From: Candidatus Bathyarchaeia archaeon
GTDB taxonomy: Archaea; Thermoproteota; Bathyarchaeia; Bathyarchaeales; Bathycorpusculaceae
Reading direction: 5' to 3'
Length of the DNA stretch: 53,196 nucleotides
Assembly (NCBI GenBank): GCA_049969855.1
Contig: JBMFOB010000009.1
Coordinates: forward strand, 1 to 53,196
Each line of letters opens with the position of its first letter. The first letter of the stretch is position 1. This document shows positions 1 to 10,401 of this stretch, piece after piece. The translations under genes were made by a program, and so were the position numbers. Below the pieces are notes generated by a model. That model was given only the letters and a program-made list of their open reading frames with translations, did not search any database and was not told where the DNA came from.

Positions 1-249
1 CCATTGTTTTTTGTTCCATTGGGCAGATTGAAAGATAGAGAATGGTTTAAAGGAGCCCAAATGACCCCACTACATGAAGAATTATTGATTAAATGCCTAA
101 AACATGACTTTTACTGGATAGAAAACCTAATTGACTTGGCTTTTGCCGGAAAATGGTACTCAAGCCTACTTCACTCCTTTTACAGAGGCTTCGTAAAAAT
201 CGTTAAGCATAAAACCCAAAAGGCTAGAATACCAATAAAGACCAGTTAA
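1..249 (+). CDS. C-terminal fragment of a gene cut by the window edge, possibly an archaeal radical SAM protein
   Basis: Frame open from the window start to TAA at 247-249; PLFFVPLG resembles tails of archaeal B12-binding radical SAM proteins (weak). Confidence 0.4.
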   Translation, partial: PLFFVPLGRLKDREWFKGAQMTPLHEELLIKCLKHDFYWIENLIDLAFAGKWYSSLLHSFYRGFVKIVKHKTQKARIPIKTS

Positions 250-296
250 TAACTAAACTTAAATATCACCCAAAACTCGTAAAACGTTAGAATGGA

Positions 297-370
297 GCCG
301 CCGTAGCTCAGTTCGGTAGAGCGGCTGGCTGTTAACCAGTCGGTCGTAGGTTCAAGTCCTACCGGCGGCG
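297..370 (+). tRNA. tRNA-Asn(GTT)
   Basis: Acceptor GCCGCCG/CGGCGGC, anticodon arm GCTGG-CTGTTAA-CCAGT, T arm GTAGG-TTCAAGT-CCTAC. Confidence 0.97.
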
Positions 371-393
371 CCTCTATGCTACTGTTACATATT

Positions 394-819
394 TTATGTT
401 GTGTGTTTTATTATTGTTTCAAGCATTTTATGATGTTTCCTTTCTTCTTCAAGAATATATTGCAGAAGCATCTTTAACGCTTTGTCTTTGGTTCTTTGAA
501 TTTCCTTTTCCACATGTACTATCATCTGTGCTTCTCGTTCCATATGCCTTTGAAGGTCCCTTTTTACAACAAGAGGGTCAACATAACTTTCAATTTTATA
601 CTTCCAGAGATTTTCGGATGGGGGAATTTTTCCAACAACATTGAGGATTCCGCTTAAGACTTCGGCGTGTTTTTGGGAATCTAATTCTATTATACGCAAA
701 TACATTTTTGCCGCTGCATTTCCAACTTTAGTTTCGCTTTCAGCAACTTCCTTAACATTCAAATTTTCAACTTCAATTTGTTTTTTGACTAGTTTAATCC
801 ATTCATCAGTAACATCCAT
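394..819 (-). CDS. Ferritin-like / rubrerythrin-family four-helix protein
   Basis: Two E/DxxxH-type motifs (LDSQKHA, EEERKHH) in a duplicated helical pattern. Confidence 0.75.
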   Translation of the reverse strand: MDVTDEWIKLVKKQIEVENLNVKEVAESETKVGNAAAKMYLRIIELDSQKHAEVLSGILNVVGKIPPSENLWKYKIESYVDPLVVKRDLQRHMEREAQMIVHVEKEIQRTKDKALKMLLQYILEEERKHHKMLETIIKHTT

Positions 820-908
820 TTCATATTCCTCTTTAATTTATTACAAGCTTCAACTTGACTTATTAAAACTTGTGATAAAAGGAAAGTATAAGGAAGTTTG
901 CCAAAAAG

Positions 909-1262
909 CTATGGAGTCTTGTCGATTTTTGCTTCTTTTCTAATAATCGAGAATTGCGAGGATGTAGGAAGCTCTGGTGGACTAGCTATTATTGGGCGCT
1001 TTTGTATGTGCTTATATCCGCATTCACATTTGAAGCCTACTATTTTGCCTCCTCGTTTTATTATTTGCCATTTCTTTCCATTACACCCAATGTTTTGTTT
1101 GTGAATTTTCCACAAAATTTTTGCCTCATAAGTGGTTAGGGGGGCATAGTCCTTTGCTGATGTGAAATACCATGTTGCATAAACTATGAAAGTTGTCCAC
1201 GAGGCGAAGGCGAACATTTCTAATGGTTCGAATATTTCTAATAGTGCGAACATTTTTATCAC
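909..1262 (-). CDS. Hypothetical membrane-anchored protein with putative Zn ribbon
   Basis: N-terminal hydrophobic segment; HK...C and CECG motifs. Confidence 0.6.
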   Translation of the reverse strand: MIKMFALLEIFEPLEMFAFASWTTFIVYATWYFTSAKDYAPLTTYEAKILWKIHKQNIGCNGKKWQIIKRGGKIVGFKCECGYKHIQKRPIIASPPELPTSSQFSIIRKEAKIDKTP

Positions 1263-1377
1263 GTGTTTTTTTGTTCTACACGTATACGATATGTCTTTTA
1301 TTTGACATATCTACCTTCAGAATATTATTTCTTACGATATAAGCATTATGTAAAATTCCGAATACCAACGCTAAACT

Positions 1378-1848
1378 CTAAAACTGTTGGAGAACATCCC
1401 TCTTCTCCATAATATAACCACAATAATGACACTTCAAAACCAACGGATCTTCACTCTCAACATAAAACTTAGTCCGCACAGGCTCATTACTGTTGCTTAT
1501 GCAAGCAGGATTAGCACATTTGATAATGTCCTCAATAACCTTTGGCAACTGAACCCTCTGTTTAGCTACAACATTGTAATCACGGATGATGTTAATTGTG
1601 GCGTGAGGAGCCAACAAGGCAATTTTATGCACCTCTTGAGGGTTCAATTCCCTGCCTTCAATTTTGACAATATCCTTAACTTTAAAACGCTTGCTTGGCA
1701 CGTTAATGGCAATTGTGATTATGCCTTTCTCTCGCCCCGTTATTCCTAAAATTCTAGCAACATCCAAGGCGTGACCACCAGTTATGTGGTCTATAACGGT
1801 GCCATCTTTAATTTTTGAAACATGCAACATAGGCTCACTCATGCGCAA
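1378..1848 (-). CDS. pyrI: Aspartate carbamoyltransferase regulatory subunit
   Basis: GTVIDHI, KDIVKIEG, CANPACIS and CHYC Zn motifs. Confidence 0.97.
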   Translation of the reverse strand: MRMSEPMLHVSKIKDGTVIDHITGGHALDVARILGITGREKGIITIAINVPSKRFKVKDIVKIEGRELNPQEVHKIALLAPHATINIIRDYNVVAKQRVQLPKVIEDIIKCANPACISNSNEPVRTKFYVESEDPLVLKCHYCGYIMEKRDVLQQF

Positions 1849-1934
1849 TCACTCTCTCTGTGAAGAGGCTATAACCTAAACAAGCATAAAAGATTTTAAC
1901 CGTTAAGCAACTGCTGATAAAAGTTATTTAGTAG

Positions 1935-2882
<948 letters not shown>

Positions 2883-2892
2883 CATTCCCAAC

Positions 2893-5106
2893 TTAAACTA
2901 ATGCAAACCTGTCAAACGACGTTAAAGTATCCATAGCCCCACAAGATGGACATTTATGTAAAACGCCAAACCAACTTCTTTTGCAATTAAAACAATAAGT
3001 CAGCTTGCGGTCATAAGTGAAAAACTCAATGCTATAGTCATTGAAAAGTTGTTGGGTTAAGGAGATAAGCTCTTCTGGCTTATGTTCAGCTTCTCCAAGC
3101 TCTATCACTGTTAGGCTTCCGCCAGAATAAAGCCCTTCCATTTCCTGTTCAAACTTTACAGATTCTGGAACAATTTTCCCATCCTTAAAAGTTAGTTTAC
3201 TAACCGTTGAATAGTATGGTTTTTCCCTTGTTCCCAAAAATCGAACCTTCGCCACACCAAACCTTTCAATATCCAACCTTGCCAACCTTTCAGAAGCCTC
3301 AAAATCGGGCAATTTTGCCGTAACCAAACGTTTTCCACACCTTCTGCCAACTTTATGCGTATAATCCAAAATGCTCTTCATAACTTCTCTAGCAAACTCC
3401 AATGCTTTTTCACTCTCACAAACTTGTGTTCCGCAAAATGCTCCAACAGCCTCTCTTAACCCCGCCAAATTTATTATGCAAGAACAATTCTCATTTCTAA
3501 AATACCTGTCACCATTAACATCTTGCATAAGAAACGGAAGCAAACCCTTACCATGCTGTTTGATGGATTTATACTTGATTTCCAACGCACGTGACGCTAC
3601 ATCAAGCCGCTCTTTTAGTATCTGAAAGAATTTCGCCTTATCCCCCTCACACTCACATGTAATCCGCGGCAAATTAAGAGTTACATGGGCTAAATTGCCA
3701 GTTCGCAAAGTGTCTATTTCCCAGTCTCCATTCAAGTTCGCCATAAGCCTAAATCCAGATGTGGAGAAAACACTTTGCCTTTCATCCTTTTTTAAGAGAT
3801 TAGCAAAGCTTAGCATGCCCTTTTCTGAAGCCAGCTGATGCGCCTTAAAAAGTATAGCCTTAACTTTCTCATCTGTAAAGGTTTCTGGACGCATTTTAAA
3901 AATGAGTTTTGGATTAAGCAATGGCTTACATGCGCTTTCTTCCATGAATATGTCTAGAAGAATTGAAGCCAAATTTCGGCTTTCTTCAATGAAATCTCCA
4001 TAATTGCCATCTATTCTTCCAAAAATCCCAACCGCTGGTTTATCTGCAATAAAATCTGGAACTGCAGGCTCCAAGCTTATGGAAGCATCCACATGCTGAT
4101 TTACATTAAGAATGAACAAGCGTAAAGCTTCTTTAACCTCTGAAGCGCTTAAGCCCTTTACAAAAGGGGCGAGAAAAACATTAAAATACTCAAGCAACTG
4201 CGTTTCGCATATTTCCCTAGAGGAATGTAAAAGAACGTTAAAAATGATGGACAAGGCTGATTGTAAATCTTTAGGAGGAGGAAAAGAAGACTGAGAAGCA
4301 GTTATTTTCTCCAATTTCAAACCATTCTGAAAGAAAAACCTTAGATCATGCACTATTCCGCTTGGCTTCAAAATCCAAGAACCTAATCCGCCAATGTGCA
4401 TTGAACCAGACAAGTGAGCATCAGCAATATCCCTTGAAAAAACATTCAGAAGCGTAAACTCTTTCAAAACAATTTCTCCAGCCGTCTCATGAATGTAAAC
4501 TGGCCACTGGGGAGTTTTACTCTTCAAATCCACAAGAGCTGCCACATCATAAACTGGAAGACCCAACCGCGTAAGCTTATGCCGATAATCCTCTAAGCCT
4601 TTTTCAATCAAAATTGCGTTTACAACCTCTCTCACAAGCGGAGCCGTTATATATTTAGGTTTTGACTTAAGCAGTCGTTTTTCTGCTTCTTTAGCTACTT
4701 TTTGCGCCAAATCTGCGGGCATTTTCGTCTCTCTTATAAGCGAATTTGCTATTTTGCTAACATCAAACTCCTCAAGCGTGAATTTGGAGGTTCGGACAAG
4801 CATGCCTTTCGGCTTGAAGGCCTTCTTCTCAATGCGTTCCGCAACTTCAATAACCATCTCACCCAAATCGGTTAAACAATACTTCTTTGTCTCCACATCA
4901 GCCTCGATTAAATCTGCCTTCAACAAAAACTTCAAGTGATAAGCAAACCTTCCAGCATCCCTCGTAGGATTCATCTTCAAAGAACCCATCAACTCAGTAT
5001 AGGAAAGAGGACCCCTATCAAAAAGCAAATTCAAAATCTGCAGCCTAAGAGGTGAAGAAACAGCCTTAAGTATCCTAACTCCCCGCACACGATGTGGAAC
5101 AGACAA
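2893..5106 (-). CDS. ArsR-type wHTH + ATP-cone + class III ribonucleotide reductase (NrdD)-like fusion, catalytically degenerate
   Basis: N-terminal wHTH (SSPLRLQILNLL...YHLKFL), ATP-cone (VRTS...EEFDVSKIANSL...LVREVVNAIL), NrdD-like ADAHLSGSMHI, TGNLAHVTLNLPR, C-terminal CxxC..CPSCG; no RxxGY. Confidence 0.85.
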   Translation of the reverse strand: MSVPHRVRGVRILKAVSSPLRLQILNLLFDRGPLSYTELMGSLKMNPTRDAGRFAYHLKFLLKADLIEADVETKKYCLTDLGEMVIEVAERIEKKAFKPKGMLVRTSKFTLEEFDVSKIANSLIRETKMPADLAQKVAKEAEKRLLKSKPKYITAPLVREVVNAILIEKGLEDYRHKLTRLGLPVYDVAALVDLKSKTPQWPVYIHETAGEIVLKEFTLLNVFSRDIADAHLSGSMHIGGLGSWILKPSGIVHDLRFFFQNGLKLEKITASQSSFPPPKDLQSALSIIFNVLLHSSREICETQLLEYFNVFLAPFVKGLSASEVKEALRLFILNVNQHVDASISLEPAVPDFIADKPAVGIFGRIDGNYGDFIEESRNLASILLDIFMEESACKPLLNPKLIFKMRPETFTDEKVKAILFKAHQLASEKGMLSFANLLKKDERQSVFSTSGFRLMANLNGDWEIDTLRTGNLAHVTLNLPRITCECEGDKAKFFQILKERLDVASRALEIKYKSIKQHGKGLLPFLMQDVNGDRYFRNENCSCIINLAGLREAVGAFCGTQVCESEKALEFAREVMKSILDYTHKVGRRCGKRLVTAKLPDFEASERLARLDIERFGVAKVRFLGTREKPYYSTVSKLTFKDGKIVPESVKFEQEMEGLYSGGSLTVIELGEAEHKPEELISLTQQLFNDYSIEFFTYDRKLTYCFNCKRSWFGVLHKCPSCGAMDTLTSFDRFALV

Positions 5107-5205
5107 AGGCTCACCTCCAGCCTTGGTAAAGGCAATTAACGGAATAAGGGTTTAAAGGTTAAGAACACTTTATCCTTATATGCTTTTCAATCAACTATTC
5201 AAAAA

Positions 5206-5280
5206 GGGGCTGTCGGCTAGCTTGGTCTAGGCTTGGAGACTCGGGCTCTCTAGACCCCGGTTCAAATCCGGGCAGCCCCA
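5206..5280 (+). tRNA. tRNA-Pro(CGG)
   Basis: Acceptor GGGGCTG/CAGCCCC, anticodon arm GGAGA-CTCGGGC-TCTCT, T arm CCCGG-TTCAAAT-CCGGG. Confidence 0.95.
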
Positions 5281-5302
5281 CTAGATTTTGGGTTTAAGTC
5301 TC

Positions 5303-7240
5303 TTAAAATGTGATTAGGGTTAAAATTCTAAGGGTTATTCCGCCTAATAGGATTGCAAAGGTTATTTCGAAAATTGTTATGTATAATGCTTTTTTCCAGC
5401 CGAACTCTTTGGTTAAGGCTGCAATTGTTGCTATGCATGGTATGTAAAACATGGCTACAAGTGTGAAGACAACCATTTGGACTGGGCTAAGAATTTCGGC
5501 AAAATTCGTTGTTCCAAAAAGCGTTGCAAGCATGATTAGTGTTAGCTCTTTTCTTAAAACGCCAAAGATTAAGGTTATTCCTGTTATTGCTGGCAGTCCA
5601 AGCCATGCTACTGTTATGGGGCTTAGCGCCATTGCGATTGGCTCGAGTAAGCCAAGAATTTCGGCAAGCTTTATGGTGAAGCTTCCAACAATTATTAGTG
5701 GAAAGGCTATTTTTATGAATTCAGCCAACCTAAACCACGTTTGTTTTAAAACTGTTTTTATATGGGGCCATCTGTAATCGGACATTTCCATAATTAGGGC
5801 TGTTGGTTCGCCTGGAAGAGCCTTAAAGGCTAGTCTTCCAAGGATGAAAATTACTGCTAGGTCGAATATGTAAAGCGTTAATGCCCATTGTATGCCTAAA
5901 TATTTGCCCACCAAGCCAAGGATTATGACTGTGCGGGCGGCGCAGGGCACGAGTGTTGTTACGAATGCGGCGAGAAGCCTTTCCCTTTGAGTTTCCATTA
6001 TTCTGCATCCTAAGCAGGCTGGAACGTTGCATCCATATCCCAAAATTAGAGGGATGAAGGCTTTTCCATGTAATCCAATTTTGTGCATGACATTGTCCAT
6101 TAAAAAGGCGATTCGGCTTAGGTAGCCTGAATCTTCTAGAAAGTATAGTATAATGTAAAATGGGGCAATGTAAGGCAATGCAATTGTAACACCTGCAATA
6201 ACGCCTTCAAGAATGCTCCAAATCAGTTTTCCAAAGATTTCTGTTCCAAAAAGGCTTAAAAAACTGGGTTCCCATCCATAAAACAAATTGTTTAATAAGT
6301 CTGAAAGGTATCCTCCGAAGGTGAAGATGGAATAGAATATTAAAAGCAGCACAAAAGCCATTATTGGGTATCCCATGATTTTATGGGTTGTAATGTTGTG
6401 GAGGCTTTCTCCTAACTTTGGCTTTATTGGAGACACCAGTTTTTGGGCTTCTCTGGCGATGCAGCCGGCAATTTCATATCTTTCAGAAGTTATCACGGTT
6501 GAGCAGGAATGTCCGTGAAGCTTTTCGATTTCGCTTGCAAGTTTTTTGGCTATAGAGATTATTTGTGGGTTAAGCTTTTTGATTTCCCTTTCTATTTCTT
6601 CATCTCCTTCTAACAGTTTGATTGCAACATACCTTGGCGGATACCAAAATTGGACGCCCTCAACCATTTTTGTGAGTTTGTCGATTCTTTCTTCAACTTC
6701 TTCTCCATACCTAACTGAAACATACTTTGCCGCTTGTCCCTTTTCAACAACTTCAATTGCTTTTTCTAAAAGTTGGAAAATGCCAACTCCTTTTATGGCG
6801 ACTGTGGGTATGACGGGTATTCCCAAAAGCTTTTCCAATTTTTCAACATCTATTTGGATTCCCTTTCTCTTCGCCATATCCATCTGATTTAACGCTATAA
6901 CCATGGGGGTTTCCAATTCCATGAGTTGCAATGTAAAATAGAGGTTTCTCTCAAGGACAGAAGCGTCCACAACATTTATTACAACGTCTGGTTTTTCAAC
7001 GGCAATATATTTTCTAGAAATCAACTCTTCTAAGGAGTAGGTGGAGAGGGAGTATATTCCTGGCAAATCGATAATGTCAATTGTGTAGCCCTTAAAGTAA
7101 AGCGTACCCTCTGCTTTTTCCACGGTTTTTCCAGGCCAGTTGCCAATGTGCTGATGTAAGCCAGTTAAGTGGTTGAAGATGACGGATTTTCCAACGTTGG
7201 CGTTTCCTGCTAGGGCGATTAGCAGTTTCTTTTTAGCCAT
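5303..7240 (-). CDS. feoB: Ferrous iron transport protein B
   Basis: GNANVGKS, NWPGKTVE, DLPG GTPase motifs followed by membrane domain with GYGCNVPA. Confidence 0.97.
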   Translation of the reverse strand: MAKKKLLIALAGNANVGKSVIFNHLTGLHQHIGNWPGKTVEKAEGTLYFKGYTIDIIDLPGIYSLSTYSLEELISRKYIAVEKPDVVINVVDASVLERNLYFTLQLMELETPMVIALNQMDMAKRKGIQIDVEKLEKLLGIPVIPTVAIKGVGIFQLLEKAIEVVEKGQAAKYVSVRYGEEVEERIDKLTKMVEGVQFWYPPRYVAIKLLEGDEEIEREIKKLNPQIISIAKKLASEIEKLHGHSCSTVITSERYEIAGCIAREAQKLVSPIKPKLGESLHNITTHKIMGYPIMAFVLLLIFYSIFTFGGYLSDLLNNLFYGWEPSFLSLFGTEIFGKLIWSILEGVIAGVTIALPYIAPFYIILYFLEDSGYLSRIAFLMDNVMHKIGLHGKAFIPLILGYGCNVPACLGCRIMETQRERLLAAFVTTLVPCAARTVIILGLVGKYLGIQWALTLYIFDLAVIFILGRLAFKALPGEPTALIMEMSDYRWPHIKTVLKQTWFRLAEFIKIAFPLIIVGSFTIKLAEILGLLEPIAMALSPITVAWLGLPAITGITLIFGVLRKELTLIMLATLFGTTNFAEILSPVQMVVFTLVAMFYIPCIATIAALTKEFGWKKALYITIFEITFAILLGGITLRILTLITF

Positions 7241-7516
7241 TTACCTTTCTATCTCCACGAAAATTTTTTCAGCCATGCCTCTGCCGATGGCGAGCCTTGA
7301 GCCTCGCACGAGAATTTCTAAGGGTCCATGGAAGGGGGCTGATTTTACAACGGTTACTTTTGTTCCTGGAGTTAAACCCATGTCCATTAGTCTCTTTTCA
7401 AATCCCCACATTCCTCGTCTTCTTCCTCTTCCCCTGCCATGTCCAGTTTTTACGGAAATGACTATTCCAGTTTCTCCATCCTTTAATGTGGTCAGCGGAA
7501 CTTCCCGTTTTTCCAT
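7241..7516 (-). CDS. feoA: Ferrous iron transport protein A
   Basis: RLMDMGLTPG...APFHGP...LAIGRGMA; abuts feoB. Confidence 0.95.
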   Translation of the reverse strand: MEKREVPLTTLKDGETGIVISVKTGHGRGRGRRRGMWGFEKRLMDMGLTPGTKVTVVKSAPFHGPLEILVRGSRLAIGRGMAEKIFVEIER

Positions 7517-7530
7517 TTAATCACCACTTT

Positions 7531-8208
7531 TCATTTTAATTGTTTAACTTGGATGACTGAGGCTACTTGGCGACTTATGGCATGACGCTTTGAACCTATC
7601 TTCACAGTGATTGGACCGTTAAGGGGAGCTTTCTCCAAAACTTCTATTGAAGCTCCAGGCACAAGTCCAAGTTTGCCCAAGTATTGTAGCAAATCCACTT
7701 GCTCTTCTGTTATTTTCACTATCATGCATCTCTTGCGCGGGGCGAAATCTGTCAGGGGCGTAGATTTTTCTTCGATTATTCCTCCGCATGCTGTTGGGAT
7801 TGGGTTTCCATGGGGGCAGGTTTTTGGATGTTTCAGCGCCTTTTCTAAGGGTTTAATTATTTCTTTGGTTATGCCATGTTCCAACTTGCAGGCTGCTTCA
7901 TGAACTTCCTCCCATTTTACATGCAGAATGTCCACAAGCAAGCGTTCCGATAACCTGTGCCTTCTTATCACTTGTAATGCTATTTTTCTGCCCTTTTCTG
8001 TAAGCTTAACACCCTTGTAGGGCACATGCGTTAAAAATCCATCCTTCTCTAGACGCTCTACAGTATTCGTAACTGTTCCGGGAACAACCCCGAGCATTTT
8101 GACGATGTCGCTGGTTCTGGCGGCTCCGCTCTTTTCTTGCAGCCTATAAATGCATTCGAGATACTCCTCTGTTACTGCCGTGATTTGTTGGCTTTGACTT
8201 TGGGACAT
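7531..8208 (-). CDS. DtxR/MntR-family metal-dependent regulator with C-terminal FeoA domain
   Basis: EEYLECIY, RRHRLSERLL, EACKLEH-like segment, CPHGNPIP; first gene of the feo operon. Confidence 0.95.
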   Translation of the reverse strand: MSQSQSQQITAVTEEYLECIYRLQEKSGAARTSDIVKMLGVVPGTVTNTVERLEKDGFLTHVPYKGVKLTEKGRKIALQVIRRHRLSERLLVDILHVKWEEVHEAACKLEHGITKEIIKPLEKALKHPKTCPHGNPIPTACGGIIEEKSTPLTDFAPRKRCMIVKITEEQVDLLQYLGKLGLVPGASIEVLEKAPLNGPITVKIGSKRHAISRQVASVIQVKQLK

Positions 8209-8336
8209 TCTACGAACGCTCCAAATCTAAATTACGGTGACTCGTATATTTAACATTTCTCAAAGCAATAACATAAATATTGTAATATGTATTATTATGT
8301 AGCTGCAAACAGAATGTTAAATTTGGAGAAGTCTTT

Positions 8337-9314
8337 ATGGATGAAATGCATGTTCCACTCAAAGAGGTTGATGGTGTAGAGATAATAAGTTTGATGGACA
8401 ACTCCATAGATGTTCTATCCACAATAAAAAAGGTTGAGGTTCGACAGGTAAGAGATTGGATAAAAGAGAGAAAAGAACAGAAATGGGTGAGAGAACATTT
8501 CCGTTTACCAATAGCTGAGCATGGACTTTCAATTTTAATTCGCATATTCCACGGCAAAAGCTCGCACACAATCTTATTTGATACTGGAAGAAACCCCGAA
8601 GGCGTTGTGACAAACGCCGAGCGCATTGGAATAGACCTTTCAGAAATAGAGGCTATAGTCATATCTCATGGACATGATGACCACTTCGGCGGATTACTGG
8701 CAGTTTTGAAAGCCATCAACAAGAAAAATTTGCCCATAATAGTGCATGAAGACATGTTCAAAACCAGAGGAACGGCTGAAAAGGACGGAACAGTTAAGAA
8801 GGATACGCCTTTCCCATCAGAGGATATGGTTAAACCAGCCAAATATGTCAAAACTAAACATCCATATCTTATAGCAGATGAAACTGTGCTTGTTACAGGC
8901 GAAATCCCACCTAAAACGGACTTTGAGAAGGGTTCTCAGCGAGACAGAGTTTTAATTGATGGAGAATGGAAGCCTTACCCTTGGATGCGGGATGACAGGG
9001 CAGTTGCCATCAACATTAAACAGAAAGGTCTTGTGATATTATCTGGTTGCGCTCATGCAGGCATAATAAACACAATACAACATGCCCAGCGCATAACCGG
9101 AGTTAAAAAGGTTCACGCTGTCATAGGCGGTTTCCATTTGGCTGGAAAAGAGTATGAGCCGAGAATAAGCCAGACGGTTGAGAAACTGAAACTCATGAAA
9201 CCATACTTGATAGCGCCATCCCACTGCACTGGTTGGAGAGGAATCTACGCCATAGCCCAAGCCATGCCAGAAGCCTTTGTCTGGAACAGTGTTGGAAACC
9301 TTTACAAGTTTTGA
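8337..9314 (+). CDS. MBL-fold metallo-hydrolase
   Basis: AEHGLS, LFDTG, SHGHDDHFGG, GCAHAG, GGFHL, HCTG. Confidence 0.92.
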   Translation: MDEMHVPLKEVDGVEIISLMDNSIDVLSTIKKVEVRQVRDWIKERKEQKWVREHFRLPIAEHGLSILIRIFHGKSSHTILFDTGRNPEGVVTNAERIGIDLSEIEAIVISHGHDDHFGGLLAVLKAINKKNLPIIVHEDMFKTRGTAEKDGTVKKDTPFPSEDMVKPAKYVKTKHPYLIADETVLVTGEIPPKTDFEKGSQRDRVLIDGEWKPYPWMRDDRAVAINIKQKGLVILSGCAHAGIINTIQHAQRITGVKKVHAVIGGFHLAGKEYEPRISQTVEKLKLMKPYLIAPSHCTGWRGIYAIAQAMPEAFVWNSVGNLYKF

Positions 9315-9405
9315 AGATAAGTTTTATAAGAGACAATACCGTGAAATAAGTGCATTGTGCAAACCGATTTTTGCACAATAAAAAGTTAAGGAGATGAAAG
9401 AGTAA

Positions 9406-9546
9406 ATGTCAGAAAAAGAAATGTATAAGGCAGTTTGTGCTGATTGTGGAAAGGAATGTGAAGTTCCCTTCAAGCCTGACCCAAATAGGCCTGTTTACTG
9501 CCGAGAATGCTGGGCAAAAAGAAGAAATCAAAGAAGGAGATATTAG
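9406..9546 (+). CDS. CxxC-x17-CxxC zinc-finger mini-protein (46 aa, absent from the ORF track)
   Basis: MSEKEMYKAVCADCGKECEVPFKPDPNRPVYCRECWAKRRNQRRRY; AGGAGA upstream. Confidence 0.9.
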   Translation: MSEKEMYKAVCADCGKECEVPFKPDPNRPVYCRECWAKRRNQRRRY

Positions 9547-9669
9547 TCCAAACTAACAGTTCTTCTTATTAAACCATAATTTTCTAAATTTTTAGTATAC
9601 ATTATGCAAATTAATAACATAACTCTTAAGAATGGGCTCATTGATTGTTAAACTTTCGGTGTCTTAAAA

Positions 9670-10401
9670 TTGAGCTTCGCTGTGGAAACAAGAGATGTCG
9701 TTAAAGTCTTCGGCACCATTCACGCATTGGATGGATTAACATTCCACGTTAATCAGGTGGAAATTTTTGGTCTCATCGGTCCGAACGGGGCTGGAAAAAC
9801 CACAGCTCTCCGCATCGTTTCCACCCTGCTTTTGCCAACATCTGGCACAGTTAAAGTTTTCGATTTGGATGTCGTTCACCAAGCCGATGAGGTTCGCAAG
9901 ATAATAGCCTATCTCCCCGAAGAGGCAGGAGCATACAGGTATCTCTCAGGCTGGGAGTATCTGGAGTTTATGGCAAAATTTAACGCCAAAAACAAGGATG
10001 ATGCCCGCGCAATGGTTAATGAAGCGGCTCAAATATCTGGTTTGGGCGAACGCCTTAAGGACAAAACTAAAACCTACAGTAAGGGAATGAAGCGACGGCT
10101 TTTGGTGGCAAGGGCGCTTATGCTTAAGCCTAAACTAGCAATTTTAGATGAACCCACAAGCGGTTTAGACGTCATCCACTCTTACCATGTTAGAGAAATA
10201 ATAAGGAATTATGTTAAGCAACACGGTGTAACAGTGCTTCTTTCAAGCCACAACATGCTGGAAGTGGAACACCTATGCGACAGAGTCGCCCTCATAAACA
10301 AGGGCAAACTCGTGGCTGAGGGCGCCCCCCAAGAGCTTAAGGAAAAGTTTGGATGCACAAACCTGGAAGAGGTTTTCGCAAAGGTGGTTAAAATTGCTTA
10401 A
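9670..10401 (+). CDS. ABC transporter ATP-binding protein (ABC-2/NatA-like)
   Basis: GPNGAGKTT, YSKGMKRR, ILDEPT, SSH. Confidence 0.95.
   Translation: MSFAVETRDVVKVFGTIHALDGLTFHVNQVEIFGLIGPNGAGKTTALRIVSTLLLPTSGTVKVFDLDVVHQADEVRKIIAYLPEEAGAYRYLSGWEYLEFMAKFNAKNKDDARAMVNEAAQISGLGERLKDKTKTYSKGMKRRLLVARALMLKPKLAILDEPTSGLDVIHSYHVREIIRNYVKQHGVTVLLSSHNMLEVEHLCDRVALINKGKLVAEGAPQELKEKFGCTNLEEVFAKVVKIA

Noticed and set aside
2883-2940. Frameshift hiding an RxxGY glycyl-radical motif of the NrdD-like gene
   Set aside because: No such motif in the alternative frames, and pyrB ends 10 nt away
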